From Lama guanicoe (lineage: Eukaryota): a stretch of DNA of 64,000 nt. The DNA lies in the NCBI GenBank assembly GCA_013239625.1, contig MU054212.1:6732270-6796269 (forward strand), given 5' to 3'. Numbering within the stretch: position 1 is the first letter of the stretch; every line of letters begins with the position of its first letter. A program made the position numbers and the translations under genes. Below are positions 12,263 to 25,125 of this stretch, one piece after another. The notes under the pieces were generated by a model, which was given only the letters and a program-made list of their open reading frames with translations, ran no database searches and had not been told where the DNA came from.

Positions 12263-13452
12263 TCTGGCACAGGATACTGCGGTTACAAATACCTCCAATT
12301 TTTACCCAATAGTGACCAAACCTATTGTTTTTCTCCTTATTCACTTTCTTCTTGATATTGGTGATTCTCTTCTACAGTTTCCCCATTATTTAAAACTATA
12401 AAATCTTGTGACAAGGATAGGAAAAAAATGAGTGGGGAATTTACAAAGAACCCCTTTTACATGTTGACTACAGAATCCTCCTGTGAATGGCTGAGCTCCC
12501 TCAATTCATGCACCAGTGGTTCCCCCTTCTCCTGCCTCCCGCTCCTTCTTTTTCCTACTCACAGGTCTGCCCAAAGCTGCTGGCTAAGCCGCCTCGGATA
12601 CAAAGGGGAATTAATACTGCAGGTCATTTAGAATTCAGTGCCCACTTCACTGTGACGTCTCCAAGAATCAGGGCAGGGTTTTAACCCTGGTTGCAGGTGG
12701 AAATCTTAATATATTTGGACTTAAACGCATCATAATCAGTCTGTTTGACGAATTGTTATTTAATGTTACTGTGCAAATTGAAACGAGCGAATAGGAGGCC
12801 TGAATTTTTGTCTTCCACCATAGCTGTCCGTTATAATAGTAGGTTTAAGTGGAGAGAGAGTTAGGATGTTACACTGAGGTGTGTGTGGTTGTGGGTGTGG
12901 GGGGGTGTGACTGCATGCATGTCCAGGGATGCCCCCCGGTCAGGTGAGGGGCCTAATGCATTTCGCAGACACTTGGCTGTCTGAGTCAAAGGGCTCCCGT
13001 GACTGCGCATGCCACCAGAAAGAAGAGGCCCACCATCACTCTGTCCCCAGCACTTCTGTCCCTTCTACTGCCGTGCCACCAGTCCCCTAGTGGCTCTCCA
13101 GATCATGGAATCTGCCACCAGCACACTGTCCGTCGCATTCCAGAAGCAGCAACAACTCAAAACCAGGAAATACGAAGGCACAGAGACGCCTCACTTAGTG
13201 TTGGCTCGAGTTACTTTACTTTCATGAGCTTAAAGTTTCTTTACTGAAGCTACCTGCACAGTCAGAGGGGATTAAGTCACGTGTAAAGTGTTCATCACCA
13301 GAAATGAGCACGTGACAAGTTAGGGCCACGGTCATGATCAGTGTGGCCACTAGTCCTGTGCGAAGAATACACCTGAGGTATCTTTTTCTCTTCTTCGTAT
13401 GTTATCTCATTGAAAATTAACAAACACCAGACTCCAGAATTGGAAGCTACTC

Positions 13453-13620
13453 TCTAGTGGCTAAGAGTACAGATTCCGGAACCAGTCTCCTTAACTCCCC
13501 GGGTGGGTAAATTTAGGCAAATGATTTAGCCTCTTTGAGATTCAGTCTCCTCACTGTACTTAAGAGCGTGGAATAGTGCACGTGGCGAACATGTACCACC
13601 TGGAAGCAGCCATTAATAGT
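13453..13620 (+). mobile_element. MIR SINE
   Basis: tagtggctaagagtacagattccggaaccag...ttaggcaaatgatttagcctctttgagattcagtctcctcactgta. Confidence 0.7.
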
Positions 13621-14339
13621 ACGCCTGTTAATGAGGCCCCTTGGGGGGCAAAAAAAGAGGGGACCGCACTGTATAAAAATACTATATAACTTCCTAGAAA
13701 ATCTCCCAGACTTACACAGCACAAGGAGGCCGGCTGTCCTCTGGTTCATTCCAAATTTCCAGGAGACTCTTCACCCCACTCCCAGGCTGACACTTCTTCC
13801 CATTTAACCCTTCTTTCCCCAGGCCACACACTTGTGGATGCGTAAACTAGCCTCATCCTCCCCGCCTTCTCCCTCCCTCCTGAGGGGCAGAGCAACTCAA
13901 TCAAGCAAATGACAAACAAGTAACTCCTTCCACGTGAGGGCCCTTGTTTTGTCCCTCTCAGTCACAGACCATCTATCCACGGGAGAAGAATGAAGAGGGA
14001 GAGGAGGGATGGATGGTGGACGGCGAGCGAGGGTGGGGAGCTCAAAGGAGGGAAAACGAGGAACCCATGTTGAAATAGGATTAATCCACAGTACTGAGCA
14101 AAAGTGAAGATGCTGAGAGAAAACCCGTAAGTCAAGGGTTTTTTTCAAAAATCAGAAATGTCTTATACAATTGGAAGTAGGGAGGAAGGTAGTTAGAATG
14201 AGTGTCTGGCAAGGGAGAGGGGGACGGGAGAGACACAGTCCCACATGGATGCTTCACCTGCCAAAGGTCACCTCTGTGTGTGCATTTGGTGGCCTCCTTT
14301 AAAAAGGAAAATGTAAATTTGTTTTACATAATTTATTGT

Positions 14340-14520
14340 TGGGTATGAGCTCTGGGATCAAAAAGCACTCATACCCATTGTTACTGCTATTGTCGAAAGC
14401 CCCGTGAAGTCCTTAACTGAGTCAGAATCCTCTGTCTTGTTAACAATGGCACATACCTCACAGAATACCTTGGAGGCAGGTGGGTAGCTTGACCGACAGT
14501 GACAGATACCGGCACCTGGG
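14340..14520 (+). mobile_element. Degenerate MIR SINE
   Basis: atgagctctgggatcaaa...aagtccttaactgagtcag...catacctcacagaat. Confidence 0.5.
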
Positions 14521-15692
14521 GACCAAGAACTGTGCTACTTATTCAAAGTCATGCAAGGAGGAAGGCTGTAAGCGGTGAACGTGTCATCTCCTAGAAGAAG
14601 AGACAAGCTCATTTCCTTGTCAGTGGATCTGAGTATCCCCGGAAGTGAGACATGATAAGGTTTGTATGTGTTTTTGTTTTTCACAGATTTTACTCTCTGT
14701 CCTTAACAAAGAGAAGGAAATTGTAGGTTTATCCTTCCCTCAGCAGCTGCAAACGTGACCACCTAGGAAAAGCCAAAAGGACAAGTTTTTTCTTTAATGA
14801 TTGGGAAGTAGGAAGTGTGACAGCTTCTGAAAACAAATGCCTGTATTCCGTTTTCTAGCAGGCTGTTGTGGTCCGTCTTCTGTCTGGGAACTGGATAAAA
14901 ACATCAATGAATACTCCAAAGGTCAGAATTTCCGAACTGCTGCCACAACTGTATTGTCACCAAGTATTAATGACTCTCTCACTCGGTCTCTTTTTTTAAG
15001 AGGCCTGGTCATGTCCGAGGGAATGCCAGGTACATTTTTCTTAATGTATGAGCACAAGTTACATATAACAACCTAACAACACAATACTGCCTCTTTAATG
15101 CTAATCTATTCCTTGCAATCTACTAGATACATGTAGAGTCATTGGTGTGTATCAAGAGAGCAAAATCAGATTCTGAAAATATCTGAAAGGATGCACTAGA
15201 GTGTACATAATAATGTATTTTAATCTGCCAGGCCTTAAAATTAATCATGAATTCCCACAGAGATTTTAATAATTTTGAGATGATGGTTTTGTGTGTTTTT
15301 TTTTTAAGAGAGTAATATTCTTGGACAGAGTTTTCTAAATGCTGAACGGTGGAAAAAAAGTAGGTGGGGGAGGGGAGAACGGGCCAATTTCTCACTTGCC
15401 ATGGCATGGGAGAGAGAAACATTAGGGGAACGTGTTTTCTTTTGGTTCTAACTAAAAAGCAAGGTAGGTGTTTCAAAAAAAGGCTTTATCATGCCATAAA
15501 AGCTGGCAAATCACAGGAAGTTTATTAGGGGTAATAATGTGCGTTTGCTGAGCAGCGGGAATAGTCCTGAAGGGAAGAGGTCCACTCTGGTGATGGGGAG
15601 AATGCCTCTGAGGCATCAGCACACGGCTGTCAGCAGTTTTCAGAGTCACACAGGAGGGAAACCTTGGTCATCAAACTGCACTAGACACTAGC

Positions 15693-15812
15693 AATGGTAA
15701 CCAGACTATTTATCGTCCAAACAGGGACTTTTGAGAGGGAGAATGAAGGTGAAAAATCACACTGGGACATAGGCTTACCCTAGTTCAAGGGCACGTAGCA
15801 GTGGTCAGCGGG
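15693..15812. mobile_element. MER81 (hAT-Blackjack) non-autonomous DNA transposon
   Basis: ggtaaccagactatttatcgtccaaacagggacttttgagag...cacactgggacataggc...tggtcagc matches the recalled MER81 consensus with ggtgacca/tggtcacc-type TIRs. Confidence 0.75.
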
Positions 15813-16849
15813 GTGGACATGTGCCTTTCCGGATTTAGCATCGTCCTTGCCTTTCAAAGAGGGGTGATCACATACACCTCCTCACCTCATCAAAGGCTGT
15901 GACGGTAAGCCTTTTAGGCTCTTCCAACTTTATCCAACAAAGATACTATGTGGACTTATATAGAGCATTCTTTTTCCCTGAAAAATAAATAACTAGAAAT
16001 ATTATGCTCTAGCCTGATGACTGTTCCAGGATTTTCAGGGTACTACAAAGAAATAAGCTCTCAGAGGATATGTTGGACTTTCTATAATCTTTTTAACTCT
16101 CCATGAAATACCCTATTACAGTGTCCAGATACAGCGGGAAGTGACTTGCTTCTGGGGCTGACCAAGTCCTTGGTAATACTCCCTGAAATGCGGTTGTCAG
16201 AATACGTCTCGGTCCTTCTTTCTCCCATCTGTTAAAACCTCCTCGTGTCCCCATCTGAAACATTATTTAAGCCCTGGAGTAGAGTGTGTGGTTTGTCAGA
16301 AGGAGCTGAAATGCTGAGATTGACCTCCTTATTTTGGGAGGAACAAAATAATGTTCATCTTTCTTGGTCTGTGTATGTATGAAGTGTGCTCAGAAAATTT
16401 AAGGGATGGAAGTTACACAAGAGGGAAGGAGGCCGAGATAGGAGAAGGTCCAGGGAACAGACCTGTAATTACAGAGACAGGAAGTAGAATTTTACCTGAA
16501 CTACGTGACTGTTAAGTAATTTGCAGGCTGGTCAAATCAGAAATCTCACTAGTGTGTGCTCCTGAAAAGCTATTTCATTACTCTGGATGGGTGATGGAAT
16601 AACATTTGGAGATGTTAATTTTGGTTTACTCACCAATGCCCTTCCAAATTTCCCACCCTTTTCTCTCCCACTGAGTCACTGACATTCATTGCCTCAAGGG
16701 ATATGTATTGAATGGCGTACAATGGTACAATAGGACCCGAAAGAACAGTAAGTAAACAAATGAAAAGCCTGATTATTCAGACCCTTAGGGTAGAGAAAAT
16801 TCTTTTTAGTTTGGAAAGAGTTGCTAGTGCGAGCTTTGCTTGTCCCAGA

Positions 16850-17570
16850 AGGATGTTTAGCTCTGTCCTTATGAAAGGGCCTTTTGCTTGCTACAGATAG
16901 GGGGCCTGAGGTGAGGGTTGCCGAGAAGCAACGAGCATCCCAGGCAGACCCCTTGGGGAAGTCCTCTGTGGCCCCAGGCAAGAGTAATGGAAACAAACAA
17001 ACAGCGAATGGCTGCCAGGAACTCTACACACACGCTGAGCCACCCTGAGAGGTGCAGGACAGCATCACGGTTTCTGTGCTTCTACGAGGGGTGTGGAATG
17101 CCACCAGGAAGGCTGGTGGGACGCTCAGGAGCCCTGGGGCTCAGATGAGGGGTCGCAAAGTGACCACCAGAAGCTGAGGAATAGTGGCTGTGTCGGGCCC
17201 CGAAATATCTCCATGCAGCAAAACGACCAGAGACAAGATAGCATGGGAACTTCTCCCTGAGAACTTGCAGAGAGTGAAGAATTCCCAAATTCTCATAAAC
17301 CCCCTGCGAATTTTCATGCCGCTCTAGGAAGAAAGGGAGCATTGACGGGCTTATGAATGGACTGAGTTTGCCCTAAAGAGACTGAGACAACCCTGAGGGG
17401 TCGGAAAAAAAGTCCTGGGTTGACCTGAACTGAGCGCTATATAGCAAATGTCCTTAATTAGGTGAAATGCGGGTTTTAAATCGGGATTTTATGGACATAA
17501 AGAAAAGAGCGAAGAAGTTCTCCATTTTCCACACCTGAGTATTTGCTTGTGCCATATCCAACCCACTGCA
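16850..17570 (+). mobile_element. Ancient LTR (MamGypLTR/LTR78-like)
   Basis: 3' end ggactgagtttgccc...cataaagaaaag...ttccacacctgagtatttg...atccaacccactgca resembles recalled ancient mammalian Gypsy-like LTR ends; 5' boundary uncertain. Confidence 0.4.
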
Positions 17571-18914
17571 CCAGAATTCTCATTGCTCAGCATTTTTCTC
17601 ATTGTTTAACAGGCACCACATAAATTTTTTTTCATTGCATAAATGGGATGAAAATACCCCAGTCCCTCAAAAACAAACCAACACAACACAGCACAGCAAA
17701 ACAAAGGAAGTCATCGGTAATAAGTACGTGAATGTCGAGTGGAATACTTGTCTTAAAGGTTCAGAGAGCTCTTCCGGGACAGGGGTTGTTAACCGACGCC
17801 AGCCCTCACTGGCAACAGGAAAAGGAAGCTTGAAGCTTGGCACAAGGGCACTCATCCAGAGCCCGCCGCTGTGCTACGCTACCCAAAGGAGAGTGAGACT
17901 GGAATTTCTGAAGCTCTTTAAAAATGGGACAGACTAGAGGCGACCTAAAAGTCACTTACATAATCCTGCTTAGAAAGAGGGGAATGATGATTTGTTGATT
18001 TCTTTTTCTCAAGAAATACAGCTGCACTTCTAGGATATGGTTTTAAACCTAATCGGAGGTCCAATTTATATTTTAGAAAAAGAGCTACAGCTTCCCCTGA
18101 ACATTTATAGTAATTTTGATCAATACTGTGTGTTTGATAACAGACCTGGCATGTAAAGCGAAAAGTGCCACGTGCCCTGTAGGGAGCCCTTTATTTCTAG
18201 TGACATATATTGGAGTTATTCTTCTTTGTTCATGTGATTTACCTTCAAAAATCTATTGAATGTGCCCCCAGAGAAGTACAGATGGCTGTTTTAATAATCA
18301 CGTTGGTATTCGGGTGGAATGGAGTGGGATAGCACTGAAAGGACTTGCAGGGAATATTGTTCCTGGGTCTCTGGTTCCACCAGCCTGCGTATAATATTTA
18401 AAGTGCAGTAGAATGGTGGGAGTTTGCAGAATAAAGTCAGCAACCCCATTCCCATAAATAATGATCTTGTATCCTCCTTCTGAGCTTGGAGAGCCCTTAG
18501 ATCATATCAGAAATGGCACAATATGCTGCTAGGTCAACAGATGGCAGGGTTCCTCTGTCTCTGTCTCTCTCCCACCAAGGGCAGCAGGGGTTTACCCGGA
18601 TCATTTGACTGTCTGCTATCCAGTGATGGCCTTGGTAGAGCTGGATCCAGGTCTTCAAATTCTGCTTCTGACCCTAGGGATTCTGTGCTATTAGAAAATG
18701 CTGGTGAATGCAGATAACCCTTTGGCTTGGCCCTCACTGGCAACATACCTACCATTGTAAGGCTGTGGAAACAATGGAGAACTGGATTCTTTAGGCGTAG
18801 TGTAAAATATCAAGTGGTAGGGTAACTGTCTATTTTAATGTCTCTTGCTAATAATACTCTTTGGGCTCTCCACATCAGCCATGACCGTGTGGATCTTATA
18901 TCGTACTTTTAGAA

Positions 18915-19095
18915 GCCATATAATTTCATGTAACTTTTAATACACGACAGATATTATGCCCATTGTGCAGATGAGAAAACTGAGGTCTAGCAAGCTGAAA
19001 TAACTTGCTCAACATCCCACGGACAGTGAAGAGTAGGGCAGAGACCTGAAATTAGGTGGGTTCATCACAAAGTCTATGCTTTCTTTCCAGTCATG
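18915..19095 (-). mobile_element. MIR SINE
   Basis: tattatgcccattgtgcagatgagaaaactgaggtctag...aataacttgctcaacatcccac is the reverse MIR core. Confidence 0.85.
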
Positions 19096-20584
19096 AGGCT
19101 TTCCCAGTGTAGGAGCTACTCACTGATATTTTTTAACTTATAAAGGATGGTAAAGTTTAGTTGTGGCCTGATTAATGTGGTAGCTAACTTTCTGAGGTAG
19201 CATGGGCAGTCTTACCCAGTTTACTATTACTGAGATCTTTTAGTTCCTGTGAGTAATAGTGAGACTTGCTCCACCAAGACACAGAGCATCTCAGACAAGA
19301 CTGGGGCAGAGGTAGAAAAGGAGTCCTGGCCCCCGAGTCTCCTGTTTACTCCATCATCTCTGGTTTGCATTGTCTGAAATGCGCTTCCTTTAAATTCACT
19401 TCTGTTAGCCTAGGTCATTCTGTGGGGACAATTAATCTTCCCAGGTACACCTCAGCATCTTCCAGCCACCTTCAAAAACCAACCTTGTAATATTTTAATT
19501 GAACCACATCATTTGTGTCTCTAACACTGATATGGATTTTACACAGCTGTTTACACTAATATGTGTTAAAATGTCTAATTACCACTAGGATCACAGCCGG
19601 GCTCAGTAATCTCGCCAGCTCTTAAATATATAGTTGTGTCTTCATCAAACACAAACGGCGGTGAGCACCCTAAACTCTCGCAATTTGTAAACTGGATTAA
19701 GGGCAATAAATGCAACCCTTCAAACAAGAACACAGAATTTTGCATATTTCATGCTCGTCTGCTCATCTGTTTGTTTTGTTGTTGTTTCCCAGGTTTTCAA
19801 AAATGCTTGTTGATAAAATGAGGTCAGAATTTGCAGTGAGGTGGGTGTTTATAGTGGGATTGAGGGAAAGGTTTGAGAGGGCCTGCGAAAGGCTGTGTGT
19901 TATGTCTATAATAGCATTTTTATGTCTGACCCAATAAACTAATATTAAGTTGTTGGCTGACAATTCTTTAGCCAATTGAATAAACTTGTTATTGCTTATT
20001 TTTAGCAGGTATTTGAGCACCTACTTAGGAACTACGATAAGAGCTGGTAATTTCAGTATAACATCAGGAGAGTTAGACACTTACCACATGTGTAAGTGTC
20101 TCTGGGACACAGAGGAGGAGGGGCTGTCTGCCCTGAGAGTCCGGGAAGACTACAAAAATATGTTTGTACTGGAGAAATGGAGGATTTTCAAGGAGGGGAA
20201 AGATAGACAGGAAATAGAAAAAAGCCATTATAGTCACCAATCAGGTGGAAGAGAGCATGGCAAGTTCTGGAAGCAACAGTGGCTCAGTATGGCTGGGGAG
20301 GAGAGAGCTGCTGGTGGAAACCTAGGAGACGCAACATTAGGGACATTGCTGTAAACTCTGTAGATGACGTCATGTCTCATAATAGTAAGAGTCTATGTTG
20401 GATATAATACATCAAGAAAAGAGAGCTTACTGGAAAGCTGTCATGTGACACTTGGGAGTTTTGTCAGTGGCCACTCAACTCATCTCCAAAGAAATAACGT
20501 GCCCCCAACATGTAACCAGCTTAGACTACGGAAGCCTACGTGGTCCATGGACACCAGCAGGGAATCCTTCAGTTTCTCTCTTCT

Positions 20585-20720
20585 CATTGACTGATTTATT
20601 GATTGAGTCATGTACTCATTCTTGCATTGATTCAATAAATGTCTACTTAGCCCCTACAATATTTCAGTATTTGTGCTAGCCACTGAGGAAATGACAGGGA
20701 TGCTCCCTTTTGTCTGAGAA
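20585..20720 (-). mobile_element. L2 3' end
   Basis: cattgattcaataaatgtctacttagcccctac...gtgctagccactgagga. Confidence 0.6.
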
Positions 20721-21167
20721 TAAAAGACGATGGAAAAAAGGCATCAGGAGATTTGGCAAAGAATGAGGATGATCACATCGCCCTCACTTATTTCATCAAT
20801 AGAAACATGCCACTTTCCTGACGTTAGAGTGTCTCTAATTTTACCTTCTATTCACCTCATTTGAGAGAATTTTTTATATTGAACTTCCATTTATCTAGAA
20901 TCTAAATGCATGTAAGATTAAAATAACTTGGATTTTTAAAAAAGGGGTTCATTGTAGAATGGGGGAAAATGGTAAGGAGTCGGGGATTTAGTCAAAATTG
21001 AAACTTAAAAATGACATCCTAGAATTACTGTATATTCAATTTATTTCTTATATCTTCGTCATCTAGATACTGCACAATAAGCACGTGTTTGGAATGGAGA
21101 CCACTAAGACACATCAAGTGTATTTCCAAGTCAACAAAGGCTGAATTATGAATAATACGACTTTTGG

Positions 21168-21196
21168 ACACGCACACACACACACACACAGACACC
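21168..21196. repeat. (CA)n microsatellite
   Basis: Read directly. Confidence 0.85.
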
Positions 21197-21320
21197 TGTA
21201 ACTTCCATTAAGGGCAGAGATTATGTTTATCTTGTCCACAGCTGAATCCCTAGTGTCTGGCATGTCATGTACTCGATAAATAAGTTATTAAATGCGTGAT
21301 TGTTCATGGTAATTACCAGT

Positions 21321-21684
21321 TGTGGTAAATTATCTTATTGTTCCCAATTCTGCTCTCTCTAGCCACACCTTTTGCCGCGTGCCCCTGTAATCCCTCCCGC
21401 CCCAGTGACGTTGGTCTTGGCCACGTGATTTCTTTTGGCTGAAGGAAGGTGGCTGGGAGGGACAGTGAGGTAATGTTGAGCTGCACTCTTAGGGGACGTC
21501 ACTGTTTTCGCTCTGCTTCGTGCACTTCCGTCCTGGACATGACGTGCATCTCTGCCAGTCCTGTAACTGGCAGCTTCTATGCATTCAGCAGATGGAGCGT
21601 GAACCACCTCTTTCTTTTTAACTACAAATGTAACAGGTACATGTCATGATGCTTGCGGAGTCTAACTTAGTAGTGAAGACTATA
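21321..21684 (+). mobile_element. Old MLT1 (H/J-like) MaLR LTR
   Basis: Starts tgtggtaaatt and contains ttggccacgtgatttcttttggctgaagg (MLT1 ggccatgtgacttgctttggccaatgg motif); degenerate MLT1-like end. Confidence 0.55.
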
Positions 21685-21691
21685 TGAGATA

Positions 21692-22209
21692 CCTTGGTGA
21701 GGACACCCTGAGCAGATCCTGAGTTGAGGATTTGGATGCAGGGAGTTTACTGGGTGGTGATCCCTGGAAGTAGTCTTGATACAGCAGGAAGGAAACAGAG
21801 AAGTAGGAAAAATAATACACATGCACTATTGATTGGTTCTTGCTGTGGGCAAGTAGGTCTTAACCCCAAGGACGGCCCTCTGAAGAAATGGAGAGGGTGC
21901 ACCCCAGAATTCTCTCTCCAGAACACGGGATGCTGGGGCACGTATCCACTGATGCCTATGTCTCATTAGTTAAAGGTTCTAGCCTGCCTCCCAGATATTA
22001 TTCCCCCACCCCACCCCCACACTTCCTGGCCATGACCTTTTTGTGTGGCTTTAGAGAAAGTCCCCAGTTAGAAAAGGGGAGAGAAGTCGCTGCTTGGGTT
22101 TGAGGAAGGGTGGTGGCAGAATAAGTGCGTGAAAGTGTCTATAGCAGCGGCTCTGAAATCAAAGGTGGGCCAGGTGGATGTGATGTGGGTCACAAAAAGT
22201 GTCGGCTCT
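21692..22209 (-). mobile_element. ERVL-class LTR (LTR33/LTR41-like)
   Basis: gcagatcctgagttgaggatttggatgcagggagtttactgggtggtgatccctggaag matches the reverse end of the recalled LTR33-group consensus. Confidence 0.6.
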
Positions 22210-23234
22210 GAGATGATGTTTACGCAAAGTGCGTTGTGGATCATCCGGTTCTAAACAACTGTTATTGGTTATTAATCGTGGAATGTCCAAAAGTTCTTGT
22301 TTATAATAAAATTTATCAAATAACATGACTCACCCTAATTAGTAATATCTGTGATACTACGGTACAGGGTTATCCAGTCATTTGTTTGCAAAAGGCCAGA
22401 GATTGGGTGACTTTTCATATACCCAGTGCTACTTCCCTGCCCTGCTTTTTTCCTTTCCCAGAACCGCTATCTAGTTATCATTGCTGTTAACACACTCCAC
22501 ACACACACACACATCCAGATACACATCAGTAATCTATGCACTTTCTTACTACTCCCAGATATCTTTACTCCAACGAGCGTGTGAAAAACCCAGATGGGAG
22601 CAGAGAAAGAGAATGGAGAATATGCAGTCTTTTCTACCCTTCCTGTAGGTTACGAAGCAGGAGGTTGTGATTGAGAAATGAATCAAACACACTCTTTGTA
22701 GAACTGCTCTCTTAAAAGAATGTCCCAGAACCCTACACACTTACTATAACTCAGCGACCAACTCACAAGCATGTCCAGGCTGTACTTAAACGGCACTGCC
22801 ATAGTTCAGAGTCTAGGCCTTTCATACACTAACATGTATGATTATATAATCATCAAGGAATATCCAGTAACTGCTCAAAGTGTTCTGTGGTTCTCTCATT
22901 CCAAAGGAAGCAGAATCACAGGAGTCTACGTGGAAGGCCCATAGAGGAGGGTGATTCTTATGGAATGAATCCAACATGACACCTCTCTGGGGAAAGACAT
23001 CACTCAGCTGTAAAGATCACCGTGACCCCTGCTTTACATTCCATCAAAAAATTGTTAAGTCCATCAGCTTAGTTACCCTTTAGCCTTGTGTGGGCATTAA
23101 CTCAGAGCTACTGAAAGATCAGCGTGACCAGAAAACGTTTAGCTCCAGATGATCATTTCCATAAAATAAAATATCCTGAATCTCATCGGCTAAAAAGAAC
23201 GAAACTCTCCGCTGTCTCTACATTAAACAAGCGC

Positions 23235-23625
23235 TGTTAGAGTCAGTCTGCTGTTCTGATAAGTAACTCTCCAGTATCAATGGCTTGCTATAATGAAAGA
23301 ATGTTTCTTACCCCTGTCCATCCATTGGATCTGGGTGGGTTGGTGGGTTGCCTGTCTATGCTGCCATCCAAGGAGCCAGGCTTTTCTCATCACGAGGGTC
23401 ACTTTCATTTGGTCCTCTGACGATTCTCTCACTCCAGCTAATGGGCAAGGAAAAGAAAGAGGATTATCAGGTGGGCCTGGAAGTAGCTCATGTCACTTCC
23501 ACTCATTTTCCTTTGGTGAGAACTTAAGTCATATTGCCATACCTAACTGGAAAAGAGGCTGAAAGCTGCAGCCTAACTGAATGCCTAGGAGGGAGAGGAG
23601 AATTCAGACATGGGTGAGATCTGCT
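23235..23625 (-). mobile_element. Old MLT1 (J/K-like) MaLR LTR
   Basis: ggcctggaagtagctcatgtcacttccactcattttcctttggtgagaacttaagtcatattgccatacctaactggaaaagaggctgaaa. Confidence 0.7.
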
Positions 23626-24320
23626 AAATAAAGCACAGAAATGTGGGGCCTAATTGAACTATGAAACAAAAATAGGAGGCTTCACTTTCTTTGTGGGCCA
23701 GTATTACGATTAAAATTCTCATCGCCAAAGACAGGCAAGGTTGTAAGTTTCATCTCTTATGTAAGATGCTCTACTCTGGACAGGTAGACAATTTCTTCTC
23801 TTGTGAAGACATCTCCCATTTCTGGTTTTGTCCTGTTGCCTCTGGTCCTGCTTTGGTATTGCAGATGGAGCAGAAGATGAAGACAACTCTGTTTTCACAC
23901 AGCTCAGGCTCACGGTTGGCCTCCTGATAATCAGACAGCTGCTGCCACAGTCACTGCTGCAGCGGTTGGATTTTCCAAGTATCCAGCAGTTGGGTGACGA
24001 ACATCTGAGCCAGAGTGTACTCTTGTAAGAGGGTGAAACAGGAAGGGTGCTTATGTATTAGAGTCATTAAGGAGCATTTTCACTATATTCCTCCTGGTGT
24101 TGGGGTGAATCAGCTTCAGAAGTATGTTTCTGAAAGGAAGGAAGAAGCGGATTGTGCAGAAGCTCCCCTTGCACTGGCCATCCCTGCGCTCACCCTGCGG
24201 AAAATCACTACTTGTGACTCGAAGTTGCTGGGACTGTCTCTCTTCTTCCTTGAAGTATATTCATACTCTCTCCTCCTTTACGGAGAGCAATTGTCCTACT
24301 TGGGAATCACTGGAGTTCAG

Positions 24321-24701
24321 TGTATAAGTCCGCCGGTGCTGCTATAACAAGTACACACACTGGGTGGCTTACACGGCAGAAATGTAGCCTCACAGTTGGA
24401 GAGTCTGGAGGTCCAAGATCAAGGTGTCGGCAGGTTTGGTTTCCTGAGGCCTCTCTCCTTGGCTTGCAGGTGGCTGTCTTCTTATGATGTCCTCACATGA
24501 GCTTTTCTCTGTATGTGTACATTCCTGGTGTCTCTTCCTTTTCTTATAAGGACACCAGTCATACTGGATTAGGGTCCCACCCTAATGGCCTCATTTAATC
24601 TTTATTACTTCTCTACAGGCCCCCTTCCAAATAGAGTCACATTGGGGGTTAGGGGCTTCAACATATGAATTTGGGGGAGGGGAAAAATTCAGTCCACAAC
24701 A
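24321..24701 (-). mobile_element. MLT1B-like MaLR solo LTR with 5-bp TSD
   Basis: Full-length LTR (tccaagatcaaggtgtcggcagg...cttataaggacaccagtcatactggattagggtcccaccctaatggcctcatt...ttcagtccacaaca) flanked by TTCAG at 24316-24320 and 24702-24706. Confidence 0.92.
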
Positions 24702-25010
24702 TTCAGAATGTGGAAAGGTCTCAGGTGACACATACTACATTTTGGCTTCTTAAGACTCTATAGCTTGAAATTTTCTTGAATCTTCTGAGTCACAAAAAAA
24801 ATCAACAGTGGCAATTACACTCAGGATTCCAGTTAGAAAAGGAGGATTGGTAAACTGAAATTCATTATGTCAAATTTAGATGAATTTAGTTTCAGAATAT
24901 TGAGTTATGCCTAATCTACCTTGAAGTACATTTCAAGTTTAGAACTGGATAAATTAGATGAGGTAGCTGAGTTCCCCCGACTCTTCTAACTCCAGTTCTG
25001 AATCCCATTC

Positions 25011-25125
25011 ATTTTTTTAAAAAATTTTGTTTATTTTTTGAAGAGGGAAGGTAATTACATTTCTTCCCAGGACCTTGTGCACACTATGCACACGCTCTAC
25101 CACTGAGCTCTACCGACTCTCCCCC
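25011..25125 (-). mobile_element. Camelid tRNA-Ala-derived SINE (Vic-1-type), internally deleted
   Basis: Minus strand reads GGGGGAGAG..TAGAGCTCAGTGGTAGAGCGTGTGCATAGTGTGCACAAGGTCCTGGG...TAATTACCTTCCC plus an A-rich tail; TSD ATCCCATTC at 25002-25010 and 25128-25136. Confidence 0.85.

Noticed and set aside
14862..14921. 60-nt plus-strand exon (tagcag|GCTGTT...CCAAAG|gtcaga)
   Set aside because: Splice signals are only moderate, the peptide is unrecognised and no partner exon chain is evident.
25055..25125. tRNA-Ala gene
   Set aside because: No T-arm/B-box or 3' acceptor stem; it has a SINE tail and TSD.
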